DNA of 64,000 nucleotides from the IMG/VR virus record IMGVR_UViG_3300047334_000085, one strand, 5' to 3'. A program made the translations under genes and the position numbers. Source of the DNA: a virus. The notes beneath the pieces were generated by a model, which saw nothing but the letters and a program-made list of their open reading frames with translations, was not told where the DNA came from and did no database searches. This document shows positions 62,341 through 64,000 of the stretch, one piece after another; position 1 is the stretch's first letter, and the number at the start of each line of letters is the position of its first letter.

Positions 62341-64000
62341 ATGGCCGACAGCGACACCGACATTCCGACCATGACCATCCGGCCTCGGTCCAGGCAGGAA
62401 GGCCAGGGCGGAACCGACCCGAAAGCCAAAGGCTGGGACGGCGGCAAGCTGTCGTACGGCGATATGGTCCAGAAATGGAAGGACCGGGGCTATTCCGACG
62501 CCGGGGCGCGCGGGATGGCCGACAACATGACCCGCGAATCCAGCGGCGACCCCACCGCGATCGGACCGGGTGGGGCGGCGATCGGGCTGTTCCAGCATGA
62601 GGGCGAGCGGCGGAAGGCGTTGGAGGCGTTCGCCAAGGAGCGCGGCACGAAGCCGACCGACCCTGACACCCAGTTCGAGTTCGCCGACAACGAGTTGAAG
62701 CGCGATTACCCGAAATTGCGGGAAAAGCTGCAAAACACCACCAACCGAGCGGATGCCGAGGACAGTTTCAAGCGGGTGTTCGAGCGGCCGAAATCGGTGC
62801 TGTGGGCCGAGCGTCCGCCGAAGACGGAGACGCCGGACTTCCGGTTTTCGCCCTATGCGATGGCGGAGTATGCCAAGCGGCCGAACACCGACGTGGTGAT
62901 GATGTCGCCGGACGATTACCTCGACCTTTCGCCGGTGCTGGGGGGACGGCCGTTTTCCAACCCGGCGGGGCGGTCGCTGTTGTCGTCGGTGGACCGGGGC
63001 GAGCCGATCGAGGCCATCCCGACGCTGGATGTCGATGTGGATGGCAACACCGGCACGGTGACCGACCAGGACGGGCGGCATCGGGCGTTGCTGGCCAAGC
63101 ATGCCGGCGTGGATGCGATCCCGGTGGCGATCCAGAAGAACGGCAAGGGTGAACCGACTGAACTGGTTGGCCAGCAAGGCAAGATCCTGCCGAACGCCTT
63201 TCCCAAGGTCGAGGCGCCGAAGGCTGAGAAGCCGCGATCGATGATGCAGAGCATCGGCGATGCGATCATCCCGCGTGCGGAGGCGGCGGAAGACGACCCA
63301 TATGCGAAATACACGCCGCCCGGCCAAGGGGCTGGTGAACAGGGCGGAGCGGGGGAACAAGACCCCTACGCCAAATATGCGCCGCCCGAGGAACCCGACA
63401 GCGCGGCCGTCTCGGCGGCCAAGGGTGCTGGCGCGGGTGTTGCGCGCGAGGGGCTTGGTGCGCTGGAACTGGCAGGCAAGGGAATACAGGCGGTTGGCGA
63501 CTATTTTTCGCCGCCGCAGCAAAACCTCAGCGGGCTTGTCACCGGCCAGGAGCCGCAGCGCGGCGCGGTTGGGCAGGCCGGGAAATCCTTGTACGATTGG
63601 GCTGCTGGCCAGGACCAAGCCATCGACAAAGCCATGGAGGCGGACGAAAAGGCGCATCCCTGGGCCACCGGCATAGGCGATTTTGCGGGTGGCATGCTCA
63701 TTCCCGGCCTTGGCACGGAGTTGGTTGCCGGCAAGCTCATCGGCAAGATCGGCAGCCGGGTGGCGCGCAACGCACTGAAAGCCGGCGTGGCTGGCGGTGT
63801 CGGCGGCGCGCTGGAACCCACTGGCGACAAAGATTACTGGCGAGACAAGGGCGGGCAGGTTCTCAAGGGGGCCGCCGTCAGCACCCTTGCTGGCGGTCTT
63901 GGCGACCTCGCATCGCGCGCGGCAGCGCCCACACTGACCGCCGCGACGCGCAAGCTGATGCGCGAGGGCGTTGAACTGACACCAGGCCAGATGGCGGGCG
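62341..64000 (+). CDS. Ejection-type protein with phage tail-lysozyme (PF18013-like) and ParB/Srx-like domains (3' end outside window)
   Basis: Absent from the ORF track because there is no stop before the window end. ATG lies 2 nt after the giant ORF stop. Contains GMADNMTRESSGDPTAIGPGGAAIGLFQHEGERR (lysozyme-2 pattern), TDQDGRHRALLAKHAGVDAIPVAI (ParB DG.HR motif) and a Gly-rich hydrophobic C-terminal part. Confidence 0.7.
   Translation, partial: MADSDTDIPTMTIRPRSRQEGQGGTDPKAKGWDGGKLSYGDMVQKWKDRGYSDAGARGMADNMTRESSGDPTAIGPGGAAIGLFQHEGERRKALEAFAKERGTKPTDPDTQFEFADNELKRDYPKLREKLQNTTNRADAEDSFKRVFERPKSVLWAERPPKTETPDFRFSPYAMAEYAKRPNTDVVMMSPDDYLDLSPVLGGRPFSNPAGRSLLSSVDRGEPIEAIPTLDVDVDGNTGTVTDQDGRHRALLAKHAGVDAIPVAIQKNGKGEPTELVGQQGKILPNAFPKVEAPKAEKPRSMMQSIGDAIIPRAEAAEDDPYAKYTPPGQGAGEQGGAGEQDPYAKYAPPEEPDSAAVSAAKGAGAGVAREGLGALELAGKGIQAVGDYFSPPQQNLSGLVTGQEPQRGAVGQAGKSLYDWAAGQDQAIDKAMEADEKAHPWATGIGDFAGGMLIPGLGTELVAGKLIGKIGSRVARNALKAGVAGGVGGALEPTGDKDYWRDKGGQVLKGAAVSTLAGGLGDLASRAAAPTLTAATRKLMREGVELTPGQMAG

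Larger units (their letters stand above)
1..64000. mobile_element. Tailed-phage / prophage genome segment with a P22-like head and neck module and a polyvalent ejection protein. No ends, integrase or att site seen in the window.
   Basis: Terminase, portal, scaffold, P22-type coat, adaptor, fibres and ejection-type genes lie in co-linear operons. Tight ATGA/GTGA gene coupling throughout. Confidence 0.9.

Noticed and set aside
1-64000. Integrase, attachment sites, CI/Cro-type repressor, tRNA integration target
   Set aside because: None were recognisable by eye in any frame. Whether the element is an integrated prophage or a free phage genome cannot be decided from this window.

Overview
The window is a high-GC (about 60-65% by eye) segment of a tailed-phage or prophage genome, probably from an alphaproteobacterial host. 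The host guess rests on GcrA-like and DUF1376 genes and strongly G/C-ending codons. I saw no rRNA, tRNA, CRISPR array, integrase or att site.

Layout:
- 1-6003 (+): early and replication-type genes. These are a GcrA-like fragment, an ASCH protein, a PAPS-reductase-like PP-loop enzyme, DUF3102 and DUF1376.
- 6018-9755 (-): leftward operon of about 11 unknown small genes, three of them membrane proteins.
- 9756-11400: divergent control region followed by a stand-alone PAS-domain gene.
- 11407-13043: small and large terminase.
- 13040-22677: about 33 small, translationally coupled ORFs of unknown function, placed between terminase and portal.
- 22677-44527: P22-like morphogenesis module. It has portal, scaffold, P22-type coat, gp4-like adaptor and gp10-like protein, interleaved with several repeat-rich fibre genes.
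- 44524-45088 (-): short, more AT-rich cassette with two micro-ORFs encoding transmembrane peptides.
- 45289 to the window end: ejection or internal-virion-type genes. They include one uninterrupted 14,058-nt ORF of 4,685 aa that carries N6-adenine methyltransferase, SNF2/DEAH helicase, JAB/MPN-like and many unassigned modules (polyvalent-protein architecture).

Gene junctions are overwhelmingly ATGA, GTGA or TGATG overlaps.

Most notable observations:
1. Two islands inside the giant ORF where coding periodicity (third-position G+C) and protein-likeness switch to the +1 frame. One island has a perfect GGAGG-N6-ATG.
2. A 927-aa protein built from about 50 copies of a 14-aa repeat, with a 168-nt higher-order repeat.
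3. A gp10-like tail-hub protein apparently split over two ORFs that carry LamG-like and HAF-repeat additions.
4. A gene whose protein-like 5' region has no canonical start, with a probable ATT start.
5. Two tandem Met/Lys-rich micro-ORFs.

All family assignments come from motif recognition by eye and need profile searches.
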